Source: a virus
Direction: 5' to 3' (one strand)
IMG/VR virus record: IMGVR_UViG_3300028842_000016
Span: 1-48,765 of that record
Length of the DNA stretch: 48,765 nt
In this document: in pieces, positions 1 through 9,305 of the stretch
Position numbering within the stretch: position 1 is the stretch's first letter
Layout of the letters: each line of letters begins with the position of its first letter
Notes under the pieces: generated by a model
Database searches by the model: none
Told to the model about the DNA's origin: nothing
The model's input: only the letters and a program-made list of their open reading frames with translations
Translations under genes and position numbers: made by a program

Positions 1-141
1 AATTGTGTTAATTATTAAGGCGTGAGCATACAGTGTGCATACCTGACGCCGACCCACCCCCTCCTGATCGTTGTGTGGGTCGCGTCTTTATGAGTTTAAG
101 CCGGAAACCTCTCTCCCCGAAACAGCGACGCTTCGTCTCAG
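1..141. repeat. Terminal direct repeat, identical to 48625-48765. Either an assembly overlap of a circular genome or a terminal redundancy. Unit length 48,624 bp.
   Basis: Compared base by base. Both copies run from aattgtgttaattattaagg to cgacgcttcgtctcag. The offset is exactly 48,624. Confidence 0.95.
22..42 (+). promoter_or_regulatory. Motif GTGAGCATAC-N5-GCATAC upstream of terS. Candidate late promoter or operator. Recurs at 35374-35394.
   Basis: 16 identical bases with the same 5-nt spacer length at two intergenic sites, both preceded by AAGG. The GCATAC half-sites lie 11 bp apart. Confidence 0.4.
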
Positions 142-650
142 AATATCTCAAAGATCAGAATGCTACGGCGGCCGCCAAGCGCGCCGGCTACTCCAAGAAG
201 ACGGCGGATACCCAAGGGCCGCGCCTGTTGGAGAATGTGGGTGTGCGCGAAGCCATAGACTCAAATCTCAAAAAGATCGAGGACAAAGCGATCGTGACCG
301 TGGAATATATCCTCGAGGGTTTGAAGGAAGTGGCACAGCGGTGTTTGCAGCGCGTCCCGGTGATGGAGTTCGACAAAGCCGAGCGGTGCATGGTTCAGGC
401 CACAGCCATTGATTCCAAGGGACGAGAGGTCGGACTCTGGGAGTTCGATTCGATGGGCGCCAATAAAGCCCTGGAATTACTCGGTAAGCACATCCGATTC
501 TTCCCGGCCGAGCGGCGCGAGTTATCCGGCCGAGACGGTGAGCCGCTGATTCCCCCGGCCAAGGCTCCAGACCTCAGCCAGATCACGACGGCCGACCTTG
601 TGGCGCATGTTAAAGCGAGAGGGGGTGCGGAATGTGCTCCTCACTCCTGA
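90..650 (+). CDS. terS: Terminase small subunit (P27/Terminase_4-like)
   Basis: The N-terminus MSLSRKPLSPKQRRFVSEYLKDQNATAAAKRAGYS matches the typical terS helix-turn-helix opening. It sits directly upstream of terL. The ATG at 90 lies inside track ORF 33-650. Confidence 0.8.
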   Translation: MSLSRKPLSPKQRRFVSEYLKDQNATAAAKRAGYSKKTADTQGPRLLENVGVREAIDSNLKKIEDKAIVTVEYILEGLKEVAQRCLQRVPVMEFDKAERCMVQATAIDSKGREVGLWEFDSMGANKALELLGKHIRFFPAERRELSGRDGEPLIPPAKAPDLSQITTADLVAHVKARGGAECAPHS

Positions 651-2112
651 GCAAGATCTTGCGCTCGTACAATACGAACGCCTCGAGATTGCCCGGCGCG
701 CCGCCAAGAACAAGGACATCCTCACCTGGGGATGGGCTCTCTTCCCGGAAAAGTTCCCATCCGATTTCTGCCCCACATTCCACACGCACCTCGTTGACAT
801 CCGGAACGATCCATTCACGGCCACAAAAGGTCCTCGATTCCACGCCAAAACAACCATCGGTTGTTTCCTCATCCCGATTTTCCAGACTCTCGAAGAGCCA
901 GACACGTTTAAGCATTACCTCCAGGTCCAGGCCACAGAAACTAAAGCCCTCGAAGCCAACAAATCGATCAAAATCGAGTTGGAATCAAACGAACTCATCC
1001 GGGCTCTTTACGGAGACGTGCGCGGTGAATACTGGACGGACACCCGCTTCGTCACTCGAGAGGGAGTTATTCATTCGTGCATTTCTACAGGGCAATCCAT
1101 CCGCGGGATCAATTATCGAAACATCCGGCCTGACTACATCATGGCCGACGACTTGTACAACGAAGCGGACATCAACAATCCCGAGTCAACTGAAAGAGTC
1201 AATCGCTGGTTCTGGGGATCTCTCTACCTCGCCCGCTCCAAGACGCGCCGATCCTGTGTGCATCTCACCGGCACAGCGATCAACGATTTCGATCTCCTCA
1301 CTCAGTGCGAAAGCAACAAATCCGTCAAATGCCGGACCTTCAAGAATCTGGATTTTGAGCATCAAACCGTTCTTTGGCCGGCTCTTGGCTCGTATGAATA
1401 CCAGAAAGCCGAGTTCGACAAGATGCCTCTCTCTGTCGCCATGCGGGAGCTGCAAAACGAACCCCGCGATGAGTCGACGGCCATCATTAAGCGGCATTGG
1501 CTTTATGCGGAGGATGGTTCTTACAGCTGGGAGTTTAACCCCGATGAGCTTGACCAGCGCGTCCGCACTGGGAAGCTGCGCATCACCCTCATCTCGATCG
1601 GGAATGACCCATCAATCGGGAAAAAAGGCGAAAAGAAAAACTCTGCGGAGAGTGACGAGAACGGTGTGGCCCTTATGTGGGAAACCGTCCCGGTTGGCGC
1701 GTCTGGCCCTGTTGATTACTGGATCATGGAAGTCCATGACGGCCGCCTTTCGCTCGATGAGCGGAAAGACAAGCTCCTGTCTGTCGGTAATCGCCAGCCG
1801 GTTGACCGGCGCCCGAAAAAGGTTTTCATCGAAGCGATCGGCGGCTTTGACGATTACGCCACCTACGTGTCTTCGAAGACCAGCATCCCGGTTGAGCGCG
1901 TGGCCTGGGTGCCTGACAAACTCACCAATCTGGAAAACCGCTCACACCACTTTCAGCAGCGCCGCGTTCACCTCAACCAGCGTCTGGATCCCGGCATGAA
2001 AAAGAAGATCGAATACCAGCTGACAGTCAATCACCCCACTCATGACGACGTGCGCGACGCTATCCTGCTTCCGATGCCGCTTTACACGCAGTCCTGGAAG
2101 GCGTGGGTCTGA
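607..2112 (+). CDS. terL: Terminase large subunit
   Basis: 502-504 aa. Walker-A-like GPRFHAKTT, acidic motif IMADDLYNE, and position between terS and portal. Start is ATG 607 or TTG 598, overlapping the terS end. Confidence 0.85.
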   Translation: MLKREGVRNVLLTPEQDLALVQYERLEIARRAAKNKDILTWGWALFPEKFPSDFCPTFHTHLVDIRNDPFTATKGPRFHAKTTIGCFLIPIFQTLEEPDTFKHYLQVQATETKALEANKSIKIELESNELIRALYGDVRGEYWTDTRFVTREGVIHSCISTGQSIRGINYRNIRPDYIMADDLYNEADINNPESTERVNRWFWGSLYLARSKTRRSCVHLTGTAINDFDLLTQCESNKSVKCRTFKNLDFEHQTVLWPALGSYEYQKAEFDKMPLSVAMRELQNEPRDESTAIIKRHWLYAEDGSYSWEFNPDELDQRVRTGKLRITLISIGNDPSIGKKGEKKNSAESDENGVALMWETVPVGASGPVDYWIMEVHDGRLSLDERKDKLLSVGNRQPVDRRPKKVFIEAIGGFDDYATYVSSKTSIPVERVAWVPDKLTNLENRSHHFQQRRVHLNQRLDPGMKKKIEYQLTVNHPTHDDVRDAILLPMPLYTQSWKAWV

Positions 2113-3632
2113 TGGGCGGCCAGATCATCCGAACCGGCAAACCTGTCCGGCTCCAACGGTTGGAGCATGAAGCCAATTTGCTTGAACTCCAGAACTCTCA
2201 GATGCGCGAGGGTCTTCAGATCAAGAAGATGCAGCTCCAGAACTCGCTGACCTCTCTCGTTCAGGGCGTGATGGGATCGACCACGCTCACCAGCTTCAAC
2301 CCCATGATTCAGAACAACATCATGGCGCCGCTGAGCATCAACTACACCCTGCTGTCCTACTTCTACAAAACGCACGGAATCATCCAGACGGCCATCGACA
2401 CGCCGGTGCTGGATGCCCTGCGCGGTGGGGTAGAGATCAAATCCGATGAGGGCAATCTTGACGAGGACAACGTCAAAGAGATCCACGACTTCATCGAAGA
2501 TCAGGACATCGTTGGAGTCTGGACCGATGCCGGGATCTGGCAGCGTCTTTACGGCGGCGGGGCGATTGTTATCAACACCGGAGAAGATCCCGCGACCCCG
2601 CTCGATTTGTCCCGCCCGATTCGACATCTGGAGCTTTATGCGGCCTCGCGCTGGGAGCTTCAATCCCCTTCCCGGCTCACTTCCCAGACAGACACAAAAG
2701 ACGTCATCGAAGGGAAGCTTAACCCCTACGAGCAGTACGCTTCCCGGATGACGGAGCACTACGTTTTCTACGGACACAAGCTCCACAGCTCACGAGTTTT
2801 GACGCTGGTTGGCAAATCGGCCCCCTTCCTGATCCGCTGGCAGCTGCAGGGCTGGGGCATGAGCGAAGTCGAACGGATGGTGGAAGACTTCAATATCTTC
2901 ATCCGGACTCGCAACGTGCTCTACGACATCCTGAATGAGGCCAAGGTTGACGTCTACCGGCTTAAAGGCATGCGCGACATGCTCACCTCTGCTGAGGGCA
3001 CCCAGATCGTCCAGCAACGCATTCAGGCCGTGAACTCTTTGAAGAACTTCAACAATGCGCTGATCCTCGATCAGGAAGACGAATACGAGACCAAGCAGCT
3101 GACCTTCTCTGGCCTGGCCGAGGTCATGCGCGAGAACCGGATCGGGATCGCCTCAGCCATGCGGATGCCGATCACCAAGCTCTTCGGGATCTCGGCGACC
3201 GGGTTCAACTCCGGGGAAGACGATATCGAAAACTACAACGCCATGGTCGAAAGCGAAGTCCGGCAACGGATGCGCCGGGTGATCCGCAAGACCTTGGACC
3301 TTGTCTGCCTGTTCAAATGGGGGCAGACCTTCGATTTCCACTGGGATTTCAAGCCGCTTCGCGTCATGTCCACGATGGACGAGGAAGAGGTCAAGATGAA
3401 GCGGCATCAGCGGATCATGGATATGTACGACCGGTCGCTGATGAACTCCGAGGAAGTCGGTCTGGCGGAAAGCCGGGAGAACCTGATTTCGATCGAGACC
3501 CAGGCGGCCCAGGGGAAGCTCGAGGATTTCCCAGCTCCGGCCGGCGCGCAGGCGCAGACCGAGATGGAGACCGCCGCTCAGATGCAGCTCACCAAGCAGC
3601 AGCAGTCAGGTAAAGGGGGAAAGGACAAATGA
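2112..3632 (+). CDS. Portal protein (DUF1073-like)
   Basis: About 506 aa. The segment MRMPITKLFGISATGFNSGEDDIENYNAMVESEVRQ is typical of this portal family. ATG 2112 overlaps the terL stop (TGATG). The track ORF starts at GTG 2103. Confidence 0.85.
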   Translation: MGGQIIRTGKPVRLQRLEHEANLLELQNSQMREGLQIKKMQLQNSLTSLVQGVMGSTTLTSFNPMIQNNIMAPLSINYTLLSYFYKTHGIIQTAIDTPVLDALRGGVEIKSDEGNLDEDNVKEIHDFIEDQDIVGVWTDAGIWQRLYGGGAIVINTGEDPATPLDLSRPIRHLELYAASRWELQSPSRLTSQTDTKDVIEGKLNPYEQYASRMTEHYVFYGHKLHSSRVLTLVGKSAPFLIRWQLQGWGMSEVERMVEDFNIFIRTRNVLYDILNEAKVDVYRLKGMRDMLTSAEGTQIVQQRIQAVNSLKNFNNALILDQEDEYETKQLTFSGLAEVMRENRIGIASAMRMPITKLFGISATGFNSGEDDIENYNAMVESEVRQRMRRVIRKTLDLVCLFKWGQTFDFHWDFKPLRVMSTMDEEEVKMKRHQRIMDMYDRSLMNSEEVGLAESRENLISIETQAAQGKLEDFPAPAGAQAQTEMETAAQMQLTKQQQSGKGGKDK

Positions 3633-3850
3633 CGCAGGAACAGGACAAGGCGAAGAGCCCCGAGAAGATCCGGATCATCATTTCTCTGGATCAGCAGACG
3701 GGAGCGCTGTCTGTGGCCGGGCCGACGCACAATAAACTGCTGTGCGCCCACATGATCGCCGACGCGCTGAAAGCCATTATGGACACCAAGACGCAGATCG
3801 TTCATTCTCACGATATCGTGAAGGCCCCTATCCCTTTAGGAAGTGCATGA
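3629..3850 (+). CDS. Hypothetical small protein (73 aa)
   Basis: ATGA overlap with the portal stop, and its own stop overlaps the next start. No recognisable motif. Confidence 0.6.
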   Translation: MTQEQDKAKSPEKIRIIISLDQQTGALSVAGPTHNKLLCAHMIADALKAIMDTKTQIVHSHDIVKAPIPLGSA

Positions 3851-4833
3851 TGAACGTGACCGGGATCCAGCGCCTGAGAGATCAGGATTATAAAGACATG
3901 GAAGATCAGCTCAGCACGATCTTCTATGAGATCGTCTTTAAGGAGCCCGTGGAATCCATTCGAGAGATGGACCCGAAGACCGCGCGCGTCATCCAGGTGG
4001 AGAATGCCAATCCGACCGATCTTGAGCGAGCCCTGCGCACCGGGCGCATCCAGTACGTGGGCGGCGTATTCAGCGGCGAATTTAACGCCCAGATCTCTGT
4101 GGAGATCCGACGCATGGGTGGCCGGTTCGATAAGCGCATGAAGGTCTATTTCATCGATCAGGCCTTCGTGCCGGCATGGGTTAAGACCACGGCGCAGACA
4201 TTCCGGTCGAAATCAAAGACCCTGCATGACAACATTCTCAAGTTCCTGGATCAACGCGAGTTTGACCTGGGCGAGGTCGTCGAAAAGCATCGAGTCGATG
4301 CCATGAAGACCATTGAACGGGTTCAGGACGGGTTCCGAGTCGCCGCGGATGCGATCGGCGTTTCTCCCAAGATCACCCCGGAATCCAAAGCGCGCCTGGC
4401 GAAAGAGTATTCCGAGAACATGTCGATTTACATCGAGGATTTTTCAAGAAGCGCCATCAAGACGCTGCGCGCTGTGGTGGAAGACAACGCGATGAAGGGG
4501 TACCGATTCGACCGTCTCATTGAGACTATCCGCCTGAGATATGGCGTGACCAGGTCGAAGGCCGCCTTTCTGGCTCGCCAGGAGACGGCACTTTTTATGT
4601 CCAAATACCGGGAAATGCGGTTCGCAGAGGGCGGCGTCGACAGCTACGTCTGGGACACGGCAGGCGATGAGAAGGTCCGTCATTCCCATGCGATCCTTGA
4701 CGGAAAGCGGTTCTTTTATAAAAGTCCACCAGTCGTCGATCAGGCGACAGGCCGGCGCGCGAACCCCGGTCAAGACTTTAACTGCCGGTGTGTGGATAAA
4801 CCGGTGATCAATCGAATGGCGGCCGCGGCATGA
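3847..4833 (+). CDS. Head morphogenesis / minor head protein (Mu F / SPP1 gp7 family)
   Basis: C-terminal signature VWDTAGDEKVRHSHAILDGKRF ... NPGQDFNCRCV. In-frame ATG at 3847 overlaps the preceding stop. The track ORF extends to 3742. Confidence 0.85.
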   Translation: MMNVTGIQRLRDQDYKDMEDQLSTIFYEIVFKEPVESIREMDPKTARVIQVENANPTDLERALRTGRIQYVGGVFSGEFNAQISVEIRRMGGRFDKRMKVYFIDQAFVPAWVKTTAQTFRSKSKTLHDNILKFLDQREFDLGEVVEKHRVDAMKTIERVQDGFRVAADAIGVSPKITPESKARLAKEYSENMSIYIEDFSRSAIKTLRAVVEDNAMKGYRFDRLIETIRLRYGVTRSKAAFLARQETALFMSKYREMRFAEGGVDSYVWDTAGDEKVRHSHAILDGKRFFYKSPPVVDQATGRRANPGQDFNCRCVDKPVINRMAAAA

Positions 4834-4922
4834 GCGCGTGCATCTGGAACATTGTAGGGAGCCTGTCAGTCGTGACCATCATCACGATCATGCGCAGGGC
4901 GGCGAGACGGAAAAGGTCGTAG
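4830..4922 (+). CDS. Possible 30-aa membrane peptide (MSACIWNIVGSLSVVTIITIMRRAARRKRS)
   Basis: ATGA overlap with the upstream stop. Hydrophobic core followed by a basic tail. Below the ORF-track size cutoff. Confidence 0.3.
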   Translation: MSACIWNIVGSLSVVTIITIMRRAARRKRS

Positions 4923-4991
4923 TCTAAAAATCTAGCCGGTTGGGGTAGCTCCCCATTCAGGGCCCTAAGCCCACGGTAAAACCCCGACTTA

Positions 4992-5037
4992 GGCGGGAAT
5001 CTGACGTCAGAAATGACGTCCGGTTCCCGCCTTTTTT
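4992..5037 (+). terminator. Rho-independent terminator
   Basis: GGCGGGAA(tct)GACGTCA-agaaa-TGACGTC(cgg)TTCCCGCC followed by TTTTTT. A long GC-rich hairpin with a T-run, in the 220-bp gap after the Mu-F-like gene. Confidence 0.7.
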
Positions 5038-5054
5038 GTCGGAGGAAAAGGGAG

Positions 5055-6107
5055 ATGGAGATGCTCGAGAACCAGCAGGGACAGCGTGGAGCCAGCTTCA
5101 CCATGCGATTCATTGAACCGGGTCTCGTCTGCTACGAGCAGATCGGTTTTGTGCTGGTCCAGAAGCCAGCGCTCGACGAGATGATGTCGTCTTTCGTCGG
5201 ATGTCCCATTTTCGATAAACGCCATAAGGACACGACGGCCACGGATTTCACGCAGGGCCGCGCGGACGGGATTGTCACGCGAGTCTGGTACGACGCCACG
5301 GACGGCTGGTATTGGCTCGAAGGTCTGATCTGGGACAAAGAGACCGCCGAAGACATGCGCCTGAAAGCCTACAGCGTCTCCTGCGCCTATGACGTCGTGG
5401 AGTGGAGCGACAAACCCGGAAAGCACCACAACATCCCGTACGAAAACGAAGTTTTGAGAGGGAAATACACACACCTGGCAGTCGTTCTAAACCCTCGCTA
5501 TGAGGGCGCCAGGATTCTGGCGAACCAAGGAGGCCACATGAAACTGAAGTGGTTCACGAAGAGTACTGAGAAGCCGGAGGAAACGGTCGCCTCCGAGGCG
5601 GAGCTGGTCAACTCGGTTGTAGAGATCGGTCCTGGAAAAGAGGCGAAGCTCGAAGACGTCCTGGCCGGCTACAAGGCCCACGAAGACGAGCAGAAACGCC
5701 TCGCCAATGCCAAACCGAAGTTCGCGGACGATGACTTGATCGACGTGGGCGACGGTCGGAAGGTTGCCTGGAAAGACATCCGGGCGGGGTACGAAACCCA
5801 CCTGAAGAACTCGTTGGCCAATTCCATGGAAACGGAACACAAGGACGGGAAGCACAAAGAAAAGACCATGGAATCCTGTGGTCTTTGCTCTGTCGAGCTG
5901 AAAAACGCTGCGGACAAAGCAGAGGCTGACAAGAAGGCATTGGAACTTAAAAACGCCGCTGAAGCCGCGAAGAAAGAGCAGGAACGGCTGGAAGCGTTGC
6001 GAAACGCTCAGGCGAAGGGACAGACGCCGGCTCTTCCGGCGCCGCCCTCGGATCAGGAAAGCCGTCTTGCTACAGGCAAAGAGCGGTACGGCGAAATCAA
6101 AAACTAA
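5055..6107 (+). CDS. Prohead protease/scaffold-like protein (DUF2213-like N-terminus, coiled-coil Lys/Glu/Ala-rich C-terminus)
   Basis: N-terminal FIEPGLVCYE ... WYWLEGLIWDK ... YSVSCAYD ... HLAVVLNPRYEGARI resembles DUF2213. The C-terminal half is charged and low-complexity, like scaffolds. GGAGG at 5041 precedes ATG 5055. Confidence 0.7.
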   Translation: MEMLENQQGQRGASFTMRFIEPGLVCYEQIGFVLVQKPALDEMMSSFVGCPIFDKRHKDTTATDFTQGRADGIVTRVWYDATDGWYWLEGLIWDKETAEDMRLKAYSVSCAYDVVEWSDKPGKHHNIPYENEVLRGKYTHLAVVLNPRYEGARILANQGGHMKLKWFTKSTEKPEETVASEAELVNSVVEIGPGKEAKLEDVLAGYKAHEDEQKRLANAKPKFADDDLIDVGDGRKVAWKDIRAGYETHLKNSLANSMETEHKDGKHKEKTMESCGLCSVELKNAADKAEADKKALELKNAAEAAKKEQERLEALRNAQAKGQTPALPAPPSDQESRLATGKERYGEIKN

Positions 6108-6128
6108 GACCAGGAGGAATCAACGCAA

Positions 6129-6593
6129 ATGGCTACCTCAATTAACCAGTTCACCCAGGCGCCCGTAAGAGGCCAGGTTGAACATCAGCAAACCGCAGTG
6201 GTGATGACCATGCAGGTCAGCGCCAATCAGGCAACGGCTCTTAAAGCCGGCGATCTCGTCACGCTCGACACCGCCGTGACGGTCGGACCTGGACAGCCGC
6301 TTCAGATCATCGCTCAGGGAACGGCCGTCGCAATCGGCGTCATCGCCCACAACATCCAGGGAGACACGTTCTCCGCTGGCGCCATGGTGGAAGTGCTCGT
6401 TCTGGGCGTCGTGTGGCTTCTCAACACGGCAGTCGCCATTGCCCCGATGGCGGCCGTGGAAGACAACGGCTCCGGTCTCGTGCAGGCGTACGCGTCTGCG
6501 TCTCAGAAGAAAATCGGAATCGCCGTCGACTATGTCCCGGCCAGCACCTTGGGTCGGTACCTCATCATCGGCCCGATGTCGTCGGCCGTATAA
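6129..6593 (+). CDS. Head decoration-like protein (DUF2190-like)
   Basis: 154 aa, Ala/Val/Gly-rich. It lies between scaffold and major capsid, as is usual for this family. RBS AGGAGG upstream. Confidence 0.5.
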   Translation: MATSINQFTQAPVRGQVEHQQTAVVMTMQVSANQATALKAGDLVTLDTAVTVGPGQPLQIIAQGTAVAIGVIAHNIQGDTFSAGAMVEVLVLGVVWLLNTAVAIAPMAAVEDNGSGLVQAYASASQKKIGIAVDYVPASTLGRYLIIGPMSSAV

Positions 6594-6605
6594 ACCAAGG
6601 AGAAC

Positions 6606-7664
6606 ATGAACATGAAACCATCAGAACTGATCCTCAGACAGCTTCAGAACCAAGGGCCGGTGACATGGGCTCCTGGGATGTCTCTGGAGAACGCCAACGG
6701 GGCTATTGATACCGCATCCCTCGGGTATCAGTACGCCATCCAGACCACGACTCAGATCCGCGCGCGCACGGTTGACCAGAAGTTTTATGAGGTCTCTGTC
6801 GCCGACAAGATCCCCGTCGAGGTCGGTGAGGCCGCGTGGCTCGAAAACATCAAGACGAACCTGGTCTACCAGGCGGGTCAGGATTTCGAGACCGGCATCA
6901 TCCAGGCGGGAACCAGCGGCGCAAAGATCGCTAAAGTCGACGTCGGAACCGCGCCTAAAACTCAGGTCATCAAAACGTGGGCGAAAGGCTACGACTACTC
7001 CGTTCCGGACGTCAACAAGGCCCTCGCCTCGAATAACTGGGACGTGGTTACCGCGCGCCTGAAAGCGCTCAAAAAGAACTGGGACCTCGGCGTTCAGAAG
7101 ACGGCATTCCTCGGCCTTAAATCTGACCTGACGAATGTCCCGGGTCTCCTGACCAACGCGAACCTGACCTCGGCTGACCTGACCACCATCTCCAAGAACA
7201 TTTCGAGCATGACGTATGCCGAAATCCAGACCATGGTGTCGGTGATGCTGTCGAAGTACTACGCGAACTCAGGATCCACCGTCCTGCCGGATGCCTTTGA
7301 AATCCCGATGGACGACTACCTGGGCCTCGGTGGATTCACCAGCCCGCAGTTTGGCAACCGGACCATCCTCTCCTACCTGAACGAGTGGCTCAAGGAAATG
7401 ACGGGAAACCCGAATTTCCTGATCTACGGACTCGCGTATGGAATGGCGTCGAACAACGCCGGGTACGTGTCTGCCGGCGGGAAGAACCGATACGTCCTGT
7501 ATCGCCGGGATCCCGAAACGCTCCGCATGGACATCCCGGTCGACTTCACGCTGAACGCGCCGAATACCGCTGACAACTTCATGTGGAACGGCGTGGGATA
7601 CGGTCAGTTCACGGGATGCGTCATCTTCCGCGAACCCGAAGTCTATTACATGGACCACAGCTAA
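6606..7664 (+). CDS. Major capsid protein (DUF2184/encapsulin-like, HK97 fold inferred)
   Basis: 352 aa, position after scaffold and decoration genes, sequence style typical of DUF2184 capsids. AAGGAG RBS upstream. Confidence 0.8.
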   Translation: MNMKPSELILRQLQNQGPVTWAPGMSLENANGAIDTASLGYQYAIQTTTQIRARTVDQKFYEVSVADKIPVEVGEAAWLENIKTNLVYQAGQDFETGIIQAGTSGAKIAKVDVGTAPKTQVIKTWAKGYDYSVPDVNKALASNNWDVVTARLKALKKNWDLGVQKTAFLGLKSDLTNVPGLLTNANLTSADLTTISKNISSMTYAEIQTMVSVMLSKYYANSGSTVLPDAFEIPMDDYLGLGGFTSPQFGNRTILSYLNEWLKEMTGNPNFLIYGLAYGMASNNAGYVSAGGKNRYVLYRRDPETLRMDIPVDFTLNAPNTADNFMWNGVGYGQFTGCVIFREPEVYYMDHS

Positions 7665-7682
7665 TCGTCCAAGGGGGACACC

Positions 7683-8051
7683 ATGACGACACAAAAGCCA
7701 GAAGAGCAGAAAAGCCGGATTGTCGTGCTGAATCAAGGGCAGATGACCTACACGATGAGACCCGGGCCTAATGGAGAGCCGCGCATCCTTGAGCCCGGGA
7801 GCAGCATCGAGACGCTGGATGACCAGGAGGCCAAAGACCTCTTGGACTATCACACGATCGTCGATGCGGCAAAGGTCATGCCGGCGGCCGTTGCCGAGTC
7901 GAAAAAGCTCCAGGCGCGCATCAAGGAGCTGACAGAAGAGAACGCTGAACTCCGGAAACAGCTTGGCGCTTCGGCGCCCGTTGCGTCCAATGAGCCGGCT
8001 TCTCCCGTGTCCGCGACTCCGGCAGCCAAGAAGAGCGGGAAGAAGGGCTGA
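7683..8051 (+). CDS. Hypothetical head-associated protein with C-terminal coiled coil
   Basis: 122 aa with KKLQARIKELTEENAELRKQL. RBS AAGGGGGA upstream. Confidence 0.6.
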   Translation: MTTQKPEEQKSRIVVLNQGQMTYTMRPGPNGEPRILEPGSSIETLDDQEAKDLLDYHTIVDAAKVMPAAVAESKKLQARIKELTEENAELRKQLGASAPVASNEPASPVSATPAAKKSGKKG

Positions 8052-8054
8052 TTC

Positions 8055-8528
8055 ATGGCCTGGCCGCCAACGACAGACGACTTCAGAAGTCGATTCGATC
8101 GCGACTTTGTTTATGGAACGGGGAAGGAGTGCGTCCGAGAACTGGACATCACAAATGCTCTGGCCGACGCACTCCCCCTCTTCAACACATCGTTGTGGTC
8201 CTCTTCAGCCCAAATGAAGACGGCTTTCCTGTTTCTGTCGGCTCATCTGCTGGTTCTCAATCTCCAGGCTGCCGGGGGCCCGTCGTCGAGGGTCACCGGC
8301 AAGGGGGCAGGGAATACCGGGGGCGGTGTCATCCAGAGCAAATCAGTGGGCAGTGTGTCGCTGAACTACACGATCCCTGAATCGCTCGCCAACAGCAGAA
8401 TCCTGTCGCAATTCCTACGGACGGACTACGGGCAGCGCTACCTGCACATGATGGCCCCACGGCTGGTCGGCAACGTGTCGATCGCTCGCGGGCCGGGGAT
8501 TGATGATGAGCCAAATAGTCAAACATGA
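8055..8528 (+). CDS. Head-tail connector/adaptor (DUF4054-like)
   Basis: 157 aa, position after the capsid, N-terminal style of DUF4054. Confidence 0.55.
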   Translation: MAWPPTTDDFRSRFDRDFVYGTGKECVRELDITNALADALPLFNTSLWSSSAQMKTAFLFLSAHLLVLNLQAAGGPSSRVTGKGAGNTGGGVIQSKSVGSVSLNYTIPESLANSRILSQFLRTDYGQRYLHMMAPRLVGNVSIARGPGIDDEPNSQT

Positions 8529-8973
8529 CCTGACGAAGCTCCGACGGTTCGTCAAAGGCATCACGTCGAAGTACGCCGTGCGCATCGGAATCTTCGGTGA
8601 CCGAACGGATCGAAACGACGACAACGAGGTGGATAACGCCTACGTGGGGATGCTTCATGAGCTGGGATCTTTCGAGAGGAATATCCCGGCGCGGTCTTGG
8701 CTCATGATGCCGCTCAGGCTCAGCCAGAACGAGATCATCAAAAAAGCCGGTGTCGGAATGGGTGATCTTCTCGCTCAGGGGTACATGGATCGAGTTCTAA
8801 AAGATCTTGGGTTCGCCTGCGAGGACGCTGTGCTGGCCGCCTTTAAATCGGGCGGATTCGGCATGTGGCGGCCGCTCAAGCCATCCACGATCAAACGGAA
8901 GGGGTCGGCGGCCATCCTGATCGATACGGGCCAGTTGCGCCGCTCAGTCGCTTCTCAGGTGGTGAAGCTGTGA
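8500..8973 (+). CDS. Neck / head-tail joining protein (putative)
   Basis: 157 aa. Assigned only from synteny in the neck module. Confidence 0.5.
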   Translation: MMMSQIVKHDLTKLRRFVKGITSKYAVRIGIFGDRTDRNDDNEVDNAYVGMLHELGSFERNIPARSWLMMPLRLSQNEIIKKAGVGMGDLLAQGYMDRVLKDLGFACEDAVLAAFKSGGFGMWRPLKPSTIKRKGSAAILIDTGQLRRSVASQVVKL

Positions 8974-9305
8974 TGCCTGACGTGTCAGACGCCCTTTGGG
9001 GCCTTGGTCAGACCGAACGGCTTCGGGTGATCAAAAAGACGGTTGAAGACTTCGAAGTGGTGGAGTCATCTGACGATCGCCCGCAGTTCTGGATTGATGG
9101 CATCCTCCAGCCGCTGGATCCGCAAAGGCTTCTGGTGAAGCCGGAAGGCCAGCGGGAATGGCAGTGGTGGACGCTGTGGACTCAGGATCGTCTTGAGCTG
9201 GATTGGGCGATCGTGGATCCGCGAGGAGTGACCTTGAGAATCATGAATCGAAGCAACTGGGATAACTACCACGAATATCAGCTCGTCGAGGGGCAAGCAT
9301 CGTGA
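8973..9305 (+). CDS. Hypothetical neck-module protein (110 aa)
   Basis: ATG 8973 overlaps the preceding TGA. The track ORF extends to 8865. Confidence 0.5.
   Translation: MPDVSDALWGLGQTERLRVIKKTVEDFEVVESSDDRPQFWIDGILQPLDPQRLLVKPEGQREWQWWTLWTQDRLELDWAIVDPRGVTLRIMNRSNWDNYHEYQLVEGQAS

Noticed and set aside
632-1999. 455-aa ORF in an alternative plus frame inside terL
   Set aside because: The Ser/Pro/Arg/Thr-rich low-complexity translation is typical of an off-frame read-through in GC-rich coding DNA. The terL frame has clear motifs.
2082-2786. 234-aa minus-strand ORF opposite the portal gene
   Set aside because: It is antisense to a well-supported gene. It has no RBS, and the composition (Arg/Gly/Val/Leu-rich) is typical of antisense frames.
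3742-3846. Upstream extension of the Mu-F-like ORF
   Set aside because: The Arg/His-rich 35 codons overlap the preceding small gene. The ATG at 3847 is coupled to that gene's stop.
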